Origin: an uncultured cyanobacterium
Lineage (GTDB): Bacteria; Cyanobacteriota; Vampirovibrionia; Vampirovibrionales; JAGQHJ01
DNA length: 64,000 bases
NCBI GenBank assembly: GCA_937922745.1
Contig: CALAJO010000035.1
Span: 410 to 64,409 of the forward strand
Direction of reading: 5' to 3'
In this document: positions 21,289-31,888 of the stretch, in pieces
Position numbering within the stretch: the stretch's first letter is position 1
Layout: each line of letters starts with the position of its first letter
Translations under genes and position numbers: made by a program
Notes under the pieces: generated by a model
Database searches by the model: none
What the model saw: only the letters and a program-made list of their open reading frames with translations
What the model was told of the DNA's origin: nothing

Positions 21289-22235
21289 TGCAGTACAGGG
21301 CGTTAGGGAAAACCGGTTTACGCGTTTCAGAAATCAGCCTGGGGACTGTCCAGCTTGGCTTGCCGTATGGCGTCCCGGATAAGGACGGCAACCTCCCTAG
21401 CCTTACCGAGGCCCAGTCCCTTGCCATCCTGGATCGGGCTTATGCCGAAGGGGTTAACTTCCTGGATACGGCACGGAACTATGGGAATAGTGAGGCGATC
21501 ATCGGTCGTTCTCTGAAGCGACGCCAGGAGGAGGTTGTCGTTGCAACCAAGCTGGAGGCACTCTCGCCGGAGATGACGGACGATGAAATGGCGAAAGCTA
21601 TCCGGCAATCCATCGAGCAGTCTCGTCGTGCGCTGGACAGGGAAACCATCGATTTGTTACAAGTCCACAACGCAGCAGAAGCCCTGCTGGATCGCGAAGT
21701 CATCCTCGATCTGCTGGCCCAGGCGCGTCATCGGGAGTGGATTCGGTATCAAGGGGTTACGACCTATGGGGTTTCCGCACCGGAGAAGGCCATTGAGCAA
21801 GGGTATTGGGATACGGTGCAGGTGGAGTTCAACCTGTTTAACCAGCAGGTAAAGCCGATATTCGACCTGGCTGCCGAGCATCAGGCGGGTCTCATCATCC
21901 GTTCTGCCATGCTGAAAGGCGCCATGACAGCCACTGAGGAAGACACGCCGGAACCGCTGAAGGAGCTTCATCGGCGTGCGCAGCAGTTGCCGGACTTTTT
22001 CGAGCGCCGAGGCCTCCCTATTCCGCAATTGGCGCTGCTTTATGTCCTGAGCCATCCGGCCGTCAGCACCGTGCTGACAGGTGTTATTTCGATAGAACAA
22101 CTACTCCAAAACCTGGCGGTTTCTCAAATGGAGCGCCTTCAGCCGGAGCAACTGGAGGCGTCCAAAGCACTTCATATTCCCAACCCGGCGCTCACGGATC
22201 CCCGTTTGTGGCAGTTTGATAAGCTAGTGCGCTAA
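21288..22235 (+). CDS. Aldo/keto reductase
   Basis: MQYRALGKTGLRVSEISLGT, LDTARNYG, VATK, IDLLQVH; TGATG overlap with the SDR gene. Confidence 0.93.
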   Translation: MQYRALGKTGLRVSEISLGTVQLGLPYGVPDKDGNLPSLTEAQSLAILDRAYAEGVNFLDTARNYGNSEAIIGRSLKRRQEEVVVATKLEALSPEMTDDEMAKAIRQSIEQSRRALDRETIDLLQVHNAAEALLDREVILDLLAQARHREWIRYQGVTTYGVSAPEKAIEQGYWDTVQVEFNLFNQQVKPIFDLAAEHQAGLIIRSAMLKGAMTATEEDTPEPLKELHRRAQQLPDFFERRGLPIPQLALLYVLSHPAVSTVLTGVISIEQLLQNLAVSQMERLQPEQLEASKALHIPNPALTDPRLWQFDKLVR

Positions 22236-23279
22236 GGCCGGCTCTTTATCTTCGTAAGGATAATCCATAGTGCCTTTATAGTGCATTGGGGGCTCATCGG
22301 TAATGCCGAAGTTGTCCGCAACCAGGGCCTGAATTTTATCCAGCTCGTCCTGGGTCAAGTCCGGGCAATCCGGTGCGGAGCCAAACTCATGCAACTGGGC
22401 TTCATCATAAATGTTCGGCAGCGTGGCGCAGACTAAAGGATCCGCCAGGAGGAACTTAAGCGCAGCCTGGCCCAGTGTACGGTTGGGCTTTTCCAGGAAG
22501 CGAAGCTGCTCGACTTTTTTAACGCCGTTGGTCAGCCAGTGCCGTGGGCGGTGCGAGCGGTGATCCTTCGGGTCAAACTTGGTCTCCAATGTATAATGCC
22601 CCTCCAGCATACCGGAGGCATGGGGAACCCGAACCAGCATGGAGGTCACGTTTCCGTTGCGGCGGCTTTCTTCCAGGAAGGCATTACCCGGGTGCTGCTC
22701 CAGGATGTTATGGATGACTTGAAGCACCGGCACTTTGCGCTCGCGAATGGCGCGCACGCCTTCGGCCAGCCAACCAATCGCCGGGCCGAGAGCCACACCG
22801 TAATGCCGTATCTTGCCTTCGCTTTTCAATGCTTCCAGGGTTTCGTAGATGGCATCATCATCAATATGCTCCATCTTGGCGTTGTGAATCTGGTAGATAT
22901 CGATGCTATCCGTGCCCATACGCTTCAGGCTTTGCTCGCAGGCAAAGCGGATGAACTCGGGCCGCAAGTCCTGGGGCAGTTCGCGCTGTCCGGCCCTGGA
23001 GGTATCGTTGTTGTAAAAGTCATAACCAAATTTCGTGGCATAGACCACTTTATCCCGCATATGGCCAAACGCCTTATTCAATAATTCCTCGCTGCGGCCT
23101 GCGCCGTAGGTGTCAGCCGCGTCGAACAGGGTAATGCCGTAATCCTCGTAGGCTTTGCGCATCATGGCAATGGCCTGCTCATCGGTGACATCTCCCCACC
23201 ACCCGGTAGAAAGCGTCCAGAGGCCCAAGCCGACTTCGGACACGGAAATATTGGTATTGGCAACGTTGCGGTATTTCAT
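22224..23279 (-). CDS. Aldo/keto reductase
   Basis: VSEVGLG, FDAADTYG, YATKFG, SLKRMGTDSIDIYQIH. Confidence 0.93.
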   Translation of the reverse strand: MKYRNVANTNISVSEVGLGLWTLSTGWWGDVTDEQAIAMMRKAYEDYGITLFDAADTYGAGRSEELLNKAFGHMRDKVVYATKFGYDFYNNDTSRAGQRELPQDLRPEFIRFACEQSLKRMGTDSIDIYQIHNAKMEHIDDDAIYETLEALKSEGKIRHYGVALGPAIGWLAEGVRAIRERKVPVLQVIHNILEQHPGNAFLEESRRNGNVTSMLVRVPHASGMLEGHYTLETKFDPKDHRSHRPRHWLTNGVKKVEQLRFLEKPNRTLGQAALKFLLADPLVCATLPNIYDEAQLHEFGSAPDCPDLTQDELDKIQALVADNFGITDEPPMHYKGTMDYPYEDKEPALAH

Positions 23280-23448
23280 TTTCAACTCTCCTTTATGCAG
23301 GAAATGCGTATCAATCTTTTTTTACTATACCCAAAAACCGCTCCTGTTTCCCCGTTTTTAACTGAGATTTCTCAGGTCTTAAGGCGGCACACCGAATCTT
23401 AATGTTTGGCGCGGTTAACGTAAAAGTGATGGTTTTCAAAAATGAACG

Positions 23449-23487
23449 AACGAACCCAATTGTAACTGTGCGAAACGAACCCAATTG
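23449..23487. repeat. 14-nt direct repeat AACGAACCCAATTG x2
   Basis: Exact copies at 23449-23462 and 23474-23487 in the dnaB-AKR intergenic region. Confidence 0.8.
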
Positions 23488-23562
23488 GTTGAAAGATAAA
23501 TATAGTAAGAATAAAGTGCTGTAAAGCACACTTCAGAAAATAAGAGACTGCGGCGCAATGCC

Positions 23563-24948
23563 TTAGAAAATCTGGGTGTGGGCGCCAGCCGGGTTGAGGA
23601 ACTTGGTGATGTTGTTGCGGAAGAGCAGGTCAAATTCCCCGACGGGGCCGTTACGCTGTTTGGCGATAATGACGGTGGCCGTGCCGGGTTTTTCGGACAT
23701 ATCCTTGGTGTAGTATTCGTCGCGGAAGAGGAACATAACCAGGTCGGCATCCTGCTCGATGGAGCCGGATTCCCGGAGGTCGCTGAGCATGGGTTTCTTG
23801 TCTTCCCGGCTTTCCACGGCGCGGGAGAGCTGCGAGAGAGCGATAACCGGGGCTTTAATCTCCCGCGCAATCCCTTTCAGGCCGCGGGAGATGGCGGAGA
23901 TCTCCTGCACGCGGTTTTCCCCCTTGCCTTTGCTGCCCAAACCCGCCTCCATCAACTGCAAGTAGTCGATGATGATCAGGCCCATATCCCCCAACTCCAT
24001 TTTGAGTTTACGGGCCTTTGCGCGCAGCTCCATCAGGGAAACGCCGGGCGTATCATCAATATACATCGGGGCATCCCCAAGGCGGCCCATGGCGCTGGAG
24101 AGCTTGGCAAAATCCTGCTGGTGAATTTCCCCGGTGCGGATGCGCTGGGCGTCCACTTCGGCCTCGGAGCAGAGCATCCTGGAAACCAGTTGCTCCTTGG
24201 ACATCTCCAGGCTGAAGATTAACACCGGGCGACGTTCGTGCAGGGCGACATGCGTGGCGATGTTCAAACAAAAAGCCGTCTTCCCCATGGAAGGACGGGC
24301 TGCGACGATGATGAGGTCGGATTGCTGGAAGCCGCTGGTCATCGTATCCAGGTCGTAGAACCCGCTGGCCACACCCATGAGTGTGCCCTTGTTGTTGAAG
24401 CGATCCTCGATTTGGTCGTAGCTGATCGGCAGGATGTCCTTAATCGCCACTAAATCTTGAGTTGATGCTTGCTGAGAAATATTGAAAACCAGCTGCTCGG
24501 CCTTATCAATGGCGGCCTCGGCGTCCGTTTCCTCGTAGGCGGTGTAAACAATATCCGTCCCGGCGCTGATGAGCGACCGCAACTTGGCTTTTGCCTTGAT
24601 GATGTAAGCGTAATGCTCCACGTTCTCGCTGGTAGCGATTGCCAGGGCCAAGTCGTTAATGTAGGAGCGGCCACCGACTTCATCCAGTTTGTCTTTATCC
24701 TTCAGCCGCTCTGAAACCGTGACAATATCGACCGGTTCGCTTTTATCGAAGAGTTCCAGGATGGTTTCGAAAATCAGCGCATGGTGGCTGCGATAAAAAT
24801 CGACGGGTTTGATAATCTCCACAATCTTGAGCAGGGCATCCGGATCAACCAGGATGCTGCCCAATGTTGCTTGTTCCGCTTCTGTGCTTTGTGGCGGAAT
24901 CCGTTCAAAAGGATTTTCCGCTACATCTCGTACGGCATGCAAAGCCAT
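23563..24948 (-). CDS. dnaB: Replicative DNA helicase DnaB
   Basis: PPQSTEAEQ, AARPSMGKT, FSLEMS, IIDYLQL, LSQLSRAVE, SDLRESGSIEQDAD, AKQRNGP; no intein. Confidence 0.98.
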   Translation of the reverse strand: MALHAVRDVAENPFERIPPQSTEAEQATLGSILVDPDALLKIVEIIKPVDFYRSHHALIFETILELFDKSEPVDIVTVSERLKDKDKLDEVGGRSYINDLALAIATSENVEHYAYIIKAKAKLRSLISAGTDIVYTAYEETDAEAAIDKAEQLVFNISQQASTQDLVAIKDILPISYDQIEDRFNNKGTLMGVASGFYDLDTMTSGFQQSDLIIVAARPSMGKTAFCLNIATHVALHERRPVLIFSLEMSKEQLVSRMLCSEAEVDAQRIRTGEIHQQDFAKLSSAMGRLGDAPMYIDDTPGVSLMELRAKARKLKMELGDMGLIIIDYLQLMEAGLGSKGKGENRVQEISAISRGLKGIAREIKAPVIALSQLSRAVESREDKKPMLSDLRESGSIEQDADLVMFLFRDEYYTKDMSEKPGTATVIIAKQRNGPVGEFDLLFRNNITKFLNPAGAHTQIF

Positions 24949-25242
24949 TCGGCCTAACTCATTCCTTCCTGAGGCTTGTTTAAACCTCTATAACCTCTTT
25001 ATCCACGAACACAAAAACAACTATCTGACAGCTAATCTCATGATATCGGAAAACTTTAAATTGAAAGATTTTGAGTTGTAGATTTTACGTAATGCAGCAA
25101 GTCTGTAACAAATTTAGTTTCAAATAAATTTTTCAACCGTTTTGCCGAAAGCCCCATTAAGGGGTGAACGATAGTGCCATTTCCCCTTAAGGCCTTGCTG
25201 GGCTAAATGGAATAAGTTAGGTGTATAGAAGGGAATCCCAAG

Positions 25243-26553
25243 ATGCTAAGTTACCCGGAAGAAACGATGGTTCAGGAAACCGCTCCCCAACCGCAACACG
25301 CGTTCGCCTATTTCCCGGCAATGCCGCAAACGTTGGAGGAAACCGGGATTTCCCCTGTCCTGGTGGAGGAATTGATTTTTAAGGCGTTGCTTGCAAAAGG
25401 CGTGCTGGCCGGACGGGAAATTGCAGATGAGATTTCCATGCCGTTCAAAGTGGTCAATCCCATTCTGGCCGATCTCAAGGCCCGGATGTTCGTGGCACAC
25501 CGCACCACCGCAGCGTTCGGCGATTTTTATTATGCCCTGACGGATGCGGGTAAGCAAAGCGCCATGATTGCCAAGGAGTACTGCGCCTATATGGGCGCAA
25601 CACCGGTTCGCTACGAGGAATACATCCAAAGCGTCTACGCACAGAGCATTCGGCGGGAAGCGCCCAAAGTGGCCGACCTGAAACGGGCTTACTCGGATAT
25701 TATTGTGAGCGATGATGTTTTAAACACCATTGGCCCGGCGATTAACTCCGGCCGGGGTATCTTTCTTTTCGGCGAGCCGGGGAACGGGAAGACAACCATT
25801 GCCGAGCGCATCTGCAATTGCTTCCAGGAGGATATTTTTATCCCCAAGACTTTGTGGATCGAAGGGGAAATCGTGCAACTCTACGACCCGCAGAACCACG
25901 AGGCCGTGCCGGTGGATGATAACCTGAAGTACGACACCCGCTGGATTCGGATTAAGCGCCCCACGGTAATCGTGGGTGGCGAACTGACGATGGAAGCGCT
26001 CGATATCAAATACAACCCAACGCTTAAAATCTCCGAAGCCCCGTTACAGATGAAGGCCAATTGCGGCACCTTTCTGATTGACGACTTCGGCCGCCAGCGG
26101 ATTGACCCGAAAGACCTGCTGAACCGTTGGATTGTGCCGCTGGAAAAACATTACGACTTTCTGCTCCTGCCGAACGGGAAAAAGATCCAGGTTCCGTTTG
26201 ATGAGTTAATCATCTTTTCCACCAACCTGAACCCCCAGGAACTGGTGGATGACGCCTTCCTGCGCCGGATTCCCTACAAGATTGAAATTACCAATCCCAC
26301 GGAAGCCGAATTCCGCCATGTCTTCAAGTTCCAGTGCGATAAGTACGGCATTCCGCACGATGAGGCCATGGTTTCCTACCTGGTAACCAACCATTACAAC
26401 GGCAAGCGGGGGTTCCGGGTCTGCCATCCGCGCGATATCCTGGATCAGATTCGCAATACGGCCGCCTTCCTGGGAACCGAACCCAGAATGACGCCCCAAC
26501 TGCTGGATATTGCATGCAAAAACTACTTTGCGGCGATGGAATGCATTACATAA
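25243..26553 (+). CDS. AAA+ ATPase with N-terminal winged-helix-like region
   Basis: Walker A GEPGNGKT, Walker B FLIDDFGRQ, STNL, AFLRRIPYKI. Confidence 0.88.
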   Translation: MLSYPEETMVQETAPQPQHAFAYFPAMPQTLEETGISPVLVEELIFKALLAKGVLAGREIADEISMPFKVVNPILADLKARMFVAHRTTAAFGDFYYALTDAGKQSAMIAKEYCAYMGATPVRYEEYIQSVYAQSIRREAPKVADLKRAYSDIIVSDDVLNTIGPAINSGRGIFLFGEPGNGKTTIAERICNCFQEDIFIPKTLWIEGEIVQLYDPQNHEAVPVDDNLKYDTRWIRIKRPTVIVGGELTMEALDIKYNPTLKISEAPLQMKANCGTFLIDDFGRQRIDPKDLLNRWIVPLEKHYDFLLLPNGKKIQVPFDELIIFSTNLNPQELVDDAFLRRIPYKIEITNPTEAEFRHVFKFQCDKYGIPHDEAMVSYLVTNHYNGKRGFRVCHPRDILDQIRNTAAFLGTEPRMTPQLLDIACKNYFAAMECIT

Positions 26554-26563
26554 TTCAGGTAGG

Positions 26564-26590
26564 GCAATTTTAGTTAGGCTTCTGTTTTAC
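26564..26590 (+). promoter_or_regulatory. Copy of the recurring promoter-like motif (GCAATTT-N13-GTTTTAC)
   Basis: 35 nt upstream of the orphan ATG at 26626. Confidence 0.55.
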
Positions 26591-26625
26591 TTCTGCTAGT
26601 TTTAAGAAACAGCGGAGGTTAAAAA

Positions 26626-26991
26626 ATGCTGACTTGCCGAGTGAATAATTTTAGAGCTACATCGACAAATAAGGATATTAAGCAACAAAGATATTCTCAA
26701 CGTTTGCGCCAAGTTGCTCCTTTATTAAACTCAGGCCAGATTGAATTACCAAGGGGCAGCAAAAATCCTAGCTTTGAATATGCAATTTATCCATTATCGT
26801 CTCCAGGTTCTAAGCAAGATACTTGGGACACAGTTAGTTTAAAGTTTACAGATCCAGCAGGAAATGATTGGAAACTTTCATGTGAACAAACTAGCTCAAC
26901 GCTTCCTGGCCAAACTGTGCAGCAATTCTGGAGTAATGCCTATGGGGGTATGTCCGCACTCGTTTCTCATCTAAGACAATCTTTCCAATAA
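26626..26991 (+). CDS. Orphan protein, AT-rich gene, NFRA leader
   Basis: GGAGG RBS, 121 aa ORF, terminator-like hairpin at about 27025-27052. Confidence 0.75.
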   Translation: MLTCRVNNFRATSTNKDIKQQRYSQRLRQVAPLLNSGQIELPRGSKNPSFEYAIYPLSSPGSKQDTWDTVSLKFTDPAGNDWKLSCEQTSSTLPGQTVQQFWSNAYGGMSALVSHLRQSFQ

Positions 26992-27318
26992 GTCTCTATT
27001 CTTTGCATTGGAAAATCTTTTTTACAGGGTAGCAGAAATGCTATCCTGTTTTGCGATAGGCGATGCTTGAAGATTACCAGATTCAACCTTTTACAAACAA
27101 AACAAACACGATGGTTACATCCATTAAAGTTCACCTTCCATTTATAATGGAAAAATAGAGAGCAGCGTCGCTGTTACTGGCGTATTCGAGAAGAAGTCGA
27201 GAATGCAGCTTGCCGTTATTCCAACCAGGCTGTTTACGGTTGCCGCCAACCTGGAGCCCGGCTCGCCAGAAGCCATTTTAACAAATAACGGCCTCAGTAG
27301 GGTAGTCAAACATCCAGG

Positions 27319-28056
27319 TTACTTCCCAAAGATTTTAATTAACCCGACACTGACCCCATACAACCCGAAGAGACATCCGGCCATCAGCAATTGCGAGAAA
27401 GGATCAGGTGATGGGGTAACGATTGCGCCAAGTAAAAAGCACGCCACCACAGCCCACTTCCATTGGGCAAGCAACGCGGAGGAAGAGGTAAATCCTATAA
27501 GAGAGGCAAACAGCAAAAACAGCGGCACTTGGAACGTAAGGCCGGATGCGAATATAAACCCGCCGCAAAAATCCAGGAAACTGGCAAAACTTAACTGGTT
27601 TTGGGCAAACTCGCTGCCATAATCCAGCAAAAAATGCAGCATGGCGGGCAATATCACGCCGTACCCAAACGCAATACCAGCCATAAAAAGAGCAAAGCCT
27701 AACGCCACAAGCGGAATAACCAGGCGTCTTTCCTTTCCTTCCAGGCCGGGGCTGATAAACCGGATGACCTGGTAAAGGATGACCGGCAGAGACAGCCCTA
27801 TACCAGCCATCACGGAAAATTTGAACGTTGATAAAAAGACCTCTCCCGGTGTTAGCTGGACAAATAACGTCCCTTCCGGCGTCAGTTTTTGCAGGGCTTG
27901 AATTAAAGGCTTGGCAAAATAAAAGGACAATCCCGTTGAAAGCATAACCGTGGCCAGACAAACCAGCAGTCTGCGCCTCAGCTCGGCAAGGTGTGCCGTA
28001 AACGGCATATTGTGAGGTGTGACAGGTTTGCCCGGAGTTGCGGTTACAGGACTCAT
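27319..28056 (-). CDS. tatC: Twin-arginine translocase subunit TatC
   Basis: HLAELRRRL, PVILYQVIRFISPGL...ERR, FQVP, AIVTPSPDPFSQ. Confidence 0.96.
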   Translation of the reverse strand: MSPVTATPGKPVTPHNMPFTAHLAELRRRLLVCLATVMLSTGLSFYFAKPLIQALQKLTPEGTLFVQLTPGEVFLSTFKFSVMAGIGLSLPVILYQVIRFISPGLEGKERRLVIPLVALGFALFMAGIAFGYGVILPAMLHFLLDYGSEFAQNQLSFASFLDFCGGFIFASGLTFQVPLFLLFASLIGFTSSSALLAQWKWAVVACFLLGAIVTPSPDPFSQLLMAGCLFGLYGVSVGLIKIFGK

Positions 28057-28277
28057 GATGAACTTAAAGCACTTGTATTGCGCCTTAAGCGTAACATAAT
28101 TGTTTCAACTTTCAAGCAAAGGCTTTACAATTTGCACCTCCTATTGGATAGTAGTAGATGCGGTTTTAAATTATTCATTATTTTCAAAATAGGGTATATT
28201 CGTTATTCATTCACTTGTACTTAAGGAGGAATAAGGCGTGAACCGCGACGCCTAAATAATAATATGGGGTGTATAGT

Positions 28278-30248
28278 ATGATTGCAGCATTGTCATTGGG
28301 CAATACATTGTCTTTTAGACCGTCTGGCTACATTCGGCCCTGGTCGCCGGAGCAGCGGCCAAATAACCTTCAAATCAACCAATCGGATAACATCCAGGTC
28401 ATCCGATTCTCCAGGAGGGCCGCCCAGCGCGCCGGTAAAAACCTTCTTTTCCTAACGGTCGAGCGCCCTTACCGGGTTGGCGGCGGTGGATTGGGAACGG
28501 CATCCGTCCTGATCCCAAAAGGGATTAACGAAAACCGATCGAAACTCAATGGCGCAAAACAGGACTGCCGGGTCTTGATGCCTATGTTGAAAGGGCTTGA
28601 GGGTTTTGAGTACACTGGTAAGTTTAAGCTGTTGCCCACTCAAGACGGCATTGAAAAATTCGAACTCTACAGCAAGTACGAAAAAGAAAACGACACCTGG
28701 GTTTACGCCATTAAGAACGAAAAGTACTTTGATCACCAGGTTCTTTACTTTGGCCCCCGCACGGATGAAGATGGCAGACGCCTACCAGAGGATCGGCCTG
28801 AGAACCCATGGCCCAACGACCGGATTTTCAAGTCCATCATGATGTTTTGCCGGGCTGCCGCGGCATTTACTCCGGATTTGGAAGGCAGTTCCGATCAGTC
28901 CGGTAATCGCTGCGATCAAAAGCAATTTAACGGCAAAATTGATGCGGTAATTGCCAATGACTGGCATACCGGCCCCTACTTCAGCGAACTGCCTGATGCC
29001 GACAGAATGGGCAAAATATTTATGCTGCATAACCCTTACGATGAAGCCAGGCCTACTGCCATTGCCCGCATGAACAAGTTGCTGCCTCCTGATTTTGCAA
29101 TGACAACCTTCTCTCCGTTAGCAATTGGCATTAAGCTTGCAAATACAATTATTGGCGACCCGAACTACATACGGAAACTTACTGCTAATGTGACGGAGAA
29201 TTCTGCCCAGTGGGCGCGGTTCCTCCAGGAAAAAGTACAGCAGGGCCGCGTATATGGTGTACACCATAATACCGATGCCAGGTTCGATCCTTACAAGACG
29301 CCTGTTGTGCAGTTAAAAGACGGAACCACGGTTGAGCCCCTGAGCAAGGCGCGTATGAAAGCCGATCCGGCTGGGGAGTGGAACCGCTACAAGTCCCAGT
29401 ACAAGCAATATATCCAGGAGCAGTTCGGCCTGAAAGTCGATCCAAATGCAAACCTGGTCGTATTCCTTAACCGGTTGGAACCGTGGCAGAAGGGTATTTT
29501 TATTGCTTTCGACGCCATGGACAAAATTATGTCCAAACACAAAAATACCCAATTCCTCATTGTGGGCGGACGAATTGATATTCCCCACGTGAATGCCGCC
29601 ATTGATGCCAGAATGGAAAAATTAAACCAGAAATTTGCAAAGGCCGGCAATACGCGTTTCCTGTATGTTGGCGCACAGCCGCCGGAAATGGTTTCTAAGA
29701 TTTTCGCCGCGGCGACATTAGGGCTTAACCCGATGATTTATGAGCCTTACGGCATGGTGCATCTGGAAGAAATGAAGAAATTCGTGCCTTCTGCCGCATT
29801 TGATACGTCAGGACTTTCGTCCACCATTTATGACCCACAATATATTCAAAGCGATCAGGCGGCAGAACGGGTTCGCCCTTCAAAGGGGTATGGCCAAACC
29901 GGGTTCCTTGGCCCTGAGGTTAACGGAGCTGCTTATTATCCTGCGCTCAACAGGCTACTAAATAAGTTTAACCCCGCTTCGCCCGTGAAGCGTCTCAGTG
30001 CCGGCCAACCTCAAACCCTCGCACAAACTGCCGACAGCATGGTACAAGTTATCGAGCGCGCCTTAACGTTAAAGCAGGAGCATCCGGAAGCGTTTAGAGC
30101 CATTGCCATGAATGCAAATCGTTATGCCAGTAACGAACACAGTTGGAAGAAGCTGGTCGATCGGTATATGGCGCCTGTCTTAGAGGCATTAAAGATTCGG
30201 GATGCCCAGCAAACTGAAAAAAAGCCATCTAACTTGCAAGTCGCATAA
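28278..30248 (+). CDS. Divergent glycogen/starch synthase-like glycosyltransferase (GT5) with N-terminal leader
   Basis: NDWHTG, RLEPWQKG, YEPYG, TSGLSSTI; KxGGL replaced by RVGGGGL; about 50 aa extra N-terminal leader. Confidence 0.8.
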   Translation: MIAALSLGNTLSFRPSGYIRPWSPEQRPNNLQINQSDNIQVIRFSRRAAQRAGKNLLFLTVERPYRVGGGGLGTASVLIPKGINENRSKLNGAKQDCRVLMPMLKGLEGFEYTGKFKLLPTQDGIEKFELYSKYEKENDTWVYAIKNEKYFDHQVLYFGPRTDEDGRRLPEDRPENPWPNDRIFKSIMMFCRAAAAFTPDLEGSSDQSGNRCDQKQFNGKIDAVIANDWHTGPYFSELPDADRMGKIFMLHNPYDEARPTAIARMNKLLPPDFAMTTFSPLAIGIKLANTIIGDPNYIRKLTANVTENSAQWARFLQEKVQQGRVYGVHHNTDARFDPYKTPVVQLKDGTTVEPLSKARMKADPAGEWNRYKSQYKQYIQEQFGLKVDPNANLVVFLNRLEPWQKGIFIAFDAMDKIMSKHKNTQFLIVGGRIDIPHVNAAIDARMEKLNQKFAKAGNTRFLYVGAQPPEMVSKIFAAATLGLNPMIYEPYGMVHLEEMKKFVPSAAFDTSGLSSTIYDPQYIQSDQAAERVRPSKGYGQTGFLGPEVNGAAYYPALNRLLNKFNPASPVKRLSAGQPQTLAQTADSMVQVIERALTLKQEHPEAFRAIAMNANRYASNEHSWKKLVDRYMAPVLEALKIRDAQQTEKKPSNLQVA

Positions 30249-30258
30249 TAACCAAACG

Positions 30259-30292
30259 AAAAGCCGCCTCCTGAAACAGGAAGCGGCTTTTT
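30259..30292. terminator. Bidirectional intrinsic terminator
   Basis: aaaagccgcctcctg-aaa-caggaagcggcttttt between convergent genes. Confidence 0.85.
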
Positions 30293-30302
30293 AACGTTTA
30301 AA

Positions 30303-31340
30303 CTAGTGGAATTTAACCGGGCCACGACGCTCGCTGGACATATGGATGGTATCGACAAACCGGATAATCCCGGATTTATAAGCCATCACAATGCTGTGGG
30401 TGCGAGAGCCGGTACCAAAGTACCGTACACCCGTTAGCGTATCGCCTGTGGTAACGCCGGTTGCGGCAAATACAATCTCTTCACCCGGTACAAGATCGTT
30501 GGTTTCATACACCAGTTCTTCACTGGGATCGATGCCCATGGCTTCCCCACGGGCCCGCTCCTCCGGGCTGCGCCAGCGAATCTGCGCCTGGATTTCGCCA
30601 CCCAGGCATTTCACCGCGGCGGCCGCCAAAACGCCTTCCGGTGCGCCACCAATCCCCATAACGGCGTGGATACCGGAACCGCTTAGCGCAGTTGTAATGG
30701 CCGGCATCACGTCACCATCGGAAATCAGCTTAATCCGGGCGCCGCATTGCCTCACATCGTTAATCAGTTCGCTATGGCGTGGCCGATCCAGGATGACCAC
30801 CGTAATGTCTTCAATGTTTCTCTCCAGACTCATAGCGATGACGCTGAGGTTGTATTTGACGGGGGCATTGATATCCACCTTGCCCTTGGCGGATGGCCCA
30901 ACAATCAACTTGCGCATGTAGGTATCCGGCGCCTGGAACAAGCCGCCTTTAAGGGAAATGGCCAGCGTCGCGATTGAGTTGGGCAAACCATTAGCCACCA
31001 GGTTGGTGCCTTCAATCGGGTCGACGGCCAGATCCATCTCCGGCAACTCCGGGTTGTTTTGTCCCACCTTCTCGCCGATATAGAGCATCGGGGCCTCGTC
31101 GCGCTCGCCTTCGCCAATGACAATCGTCCCATTCATCGGGATTCGATTGAGGTTCTCCCGCATGGCCGCAACCGCCGCCGCGTCCACCGCGTTCCGATCG
31201 CCTGTGCCCATAAACCGGCCGGCGGCAATGGAGGCTGACTCAACCACACCCAGGATCTCCCTGGAGAGAAACCGTTCTACTGTAACGCCATCCGGTATTG
31301 CTGTGGGCATTTTATACTCTCGCTCAAGTACTTCTAACAT
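30303..31340 (-). CDS. glpX: Class II fructose-1,6-bisphosphatase / sedoheptulose-bisphosphatase
   Basis: [56 protein letters not shown]. Confidence 0.97.
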   Translation of the reverse strand: MLEVLEREYKMPTAIPDGVTVERFLSREILGVVESASIAAGRFMGTGDRNAVDAAAVAAMRENLNRIPMNGTIVIGEGERDEAPMLYIGEKVGQNNPELPEMDLAVDPIEGTNLVANGLPNSIATLAISLKGGLFQAPDTYMRKLIVGPSAKGKVDINAPVKYNLSVIAMSLERNIEDITVVILDRPRHSELINDVRQCGARIKLISDGDVMPAITTALSGSGIHAVMGIGGAPEGVLAAAAVKCLGGEIQAQIRWRSPEERARGEAMGIDPSEELVYETNDLVPGEEIVFAATGVTTGDTLTGVRYFGTGSRTHSIVMAYKSGIIRFVDTIHMSSERRGPVKFH

Positions 31341-31559
31341 ATACTATACACCCCTATTGTTAACTCACTAACCTAAAAGTTTGAATGGAATTTATCAAAA
31401 ACACGCCTCAATGTCACGGAGGAGAAAATATGCCGGAGGTTGCTTTGGGCCATCATTACAGGATTACGGGGCCCAAATTGGATGGATAATTTCCCAAGAC
31501 ATGATTCCGGGACTGTTCATCCGTTACAATCAATTTAAAGGAGAATGCAGGAAGTTGAT

Positions 31560-31832
31560 ATGCCCAAGGCGCGATTTGAACCCTCTGGCCTGGAGATTGA
31601 AATAGACGAAACCTCCACTTTGCGAGAAGCCGCGCATGTACTAGGCGTGAATGTGCATGACCGCTGTGGCGGAAACGGGGCCTGTTGCAATTGCATAGTC
31701 ACCGTGCTGGAAGGAATGGACAACATTTGCCCCAAAAGTGTGGTGGAAGACGCCGTTTTTTACCTCGGCCCCAACGACCGCCTCTCCTGCCAGTGCATCA
31801 TCCACGGCGATGTGGTGGTTCAGGTGGATTAA
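31560..31832 (+). CDS. 2Fe-2S ferredoxin
   Basis: CGGNGACCNC ... RLSCQC. Confidence 0.93.
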   Translation: MPKARFEPSGLEIEIDETSTLREAAHVLGVNVHDRCGGNGACCNCIVTVLEGMDNICPKSVVEDAVFYLGPNDRLSCQCIIHGDVVVQVD

Positions 31833-31859
31833 GCAATTTTTGTTTCAGCCCGGTTTTTA
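31833..31859 (+). promoter_or_regulatory. Copy of the recurring promoter-like motif (GCAATTT-N13-GTTTTTA)
   Basis: About 30 nt upstream of ATG 31889. Confidence 0.55.
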
Positions 31860-31888
31860 ATTGCCAGAACGTAGATCGGAATGAGGAA

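Noticed and set aside
23563-24948. Possible intein in dnaB, as in many cyanobacteria
   Set aside because: 461 aa with continuous helicase motifs and no insertion.
27055-27320. Possible gene remnant downstream of tatC
   Set aside because: Only short frames without RBS or recognisable similarity; the 27203 ORF mostly overlaps tatC antisense.
31558-31590. tRNA-like string tgcccaaggcgcgatttgaaccc resembling the reverse complement of a tRNA T-arm and 3' end
   Set aside because: It is the start of the ferredoxin CDS (MPKARFEPSG); no D-arm, anticodon arm or matching acceptor stem could be built.
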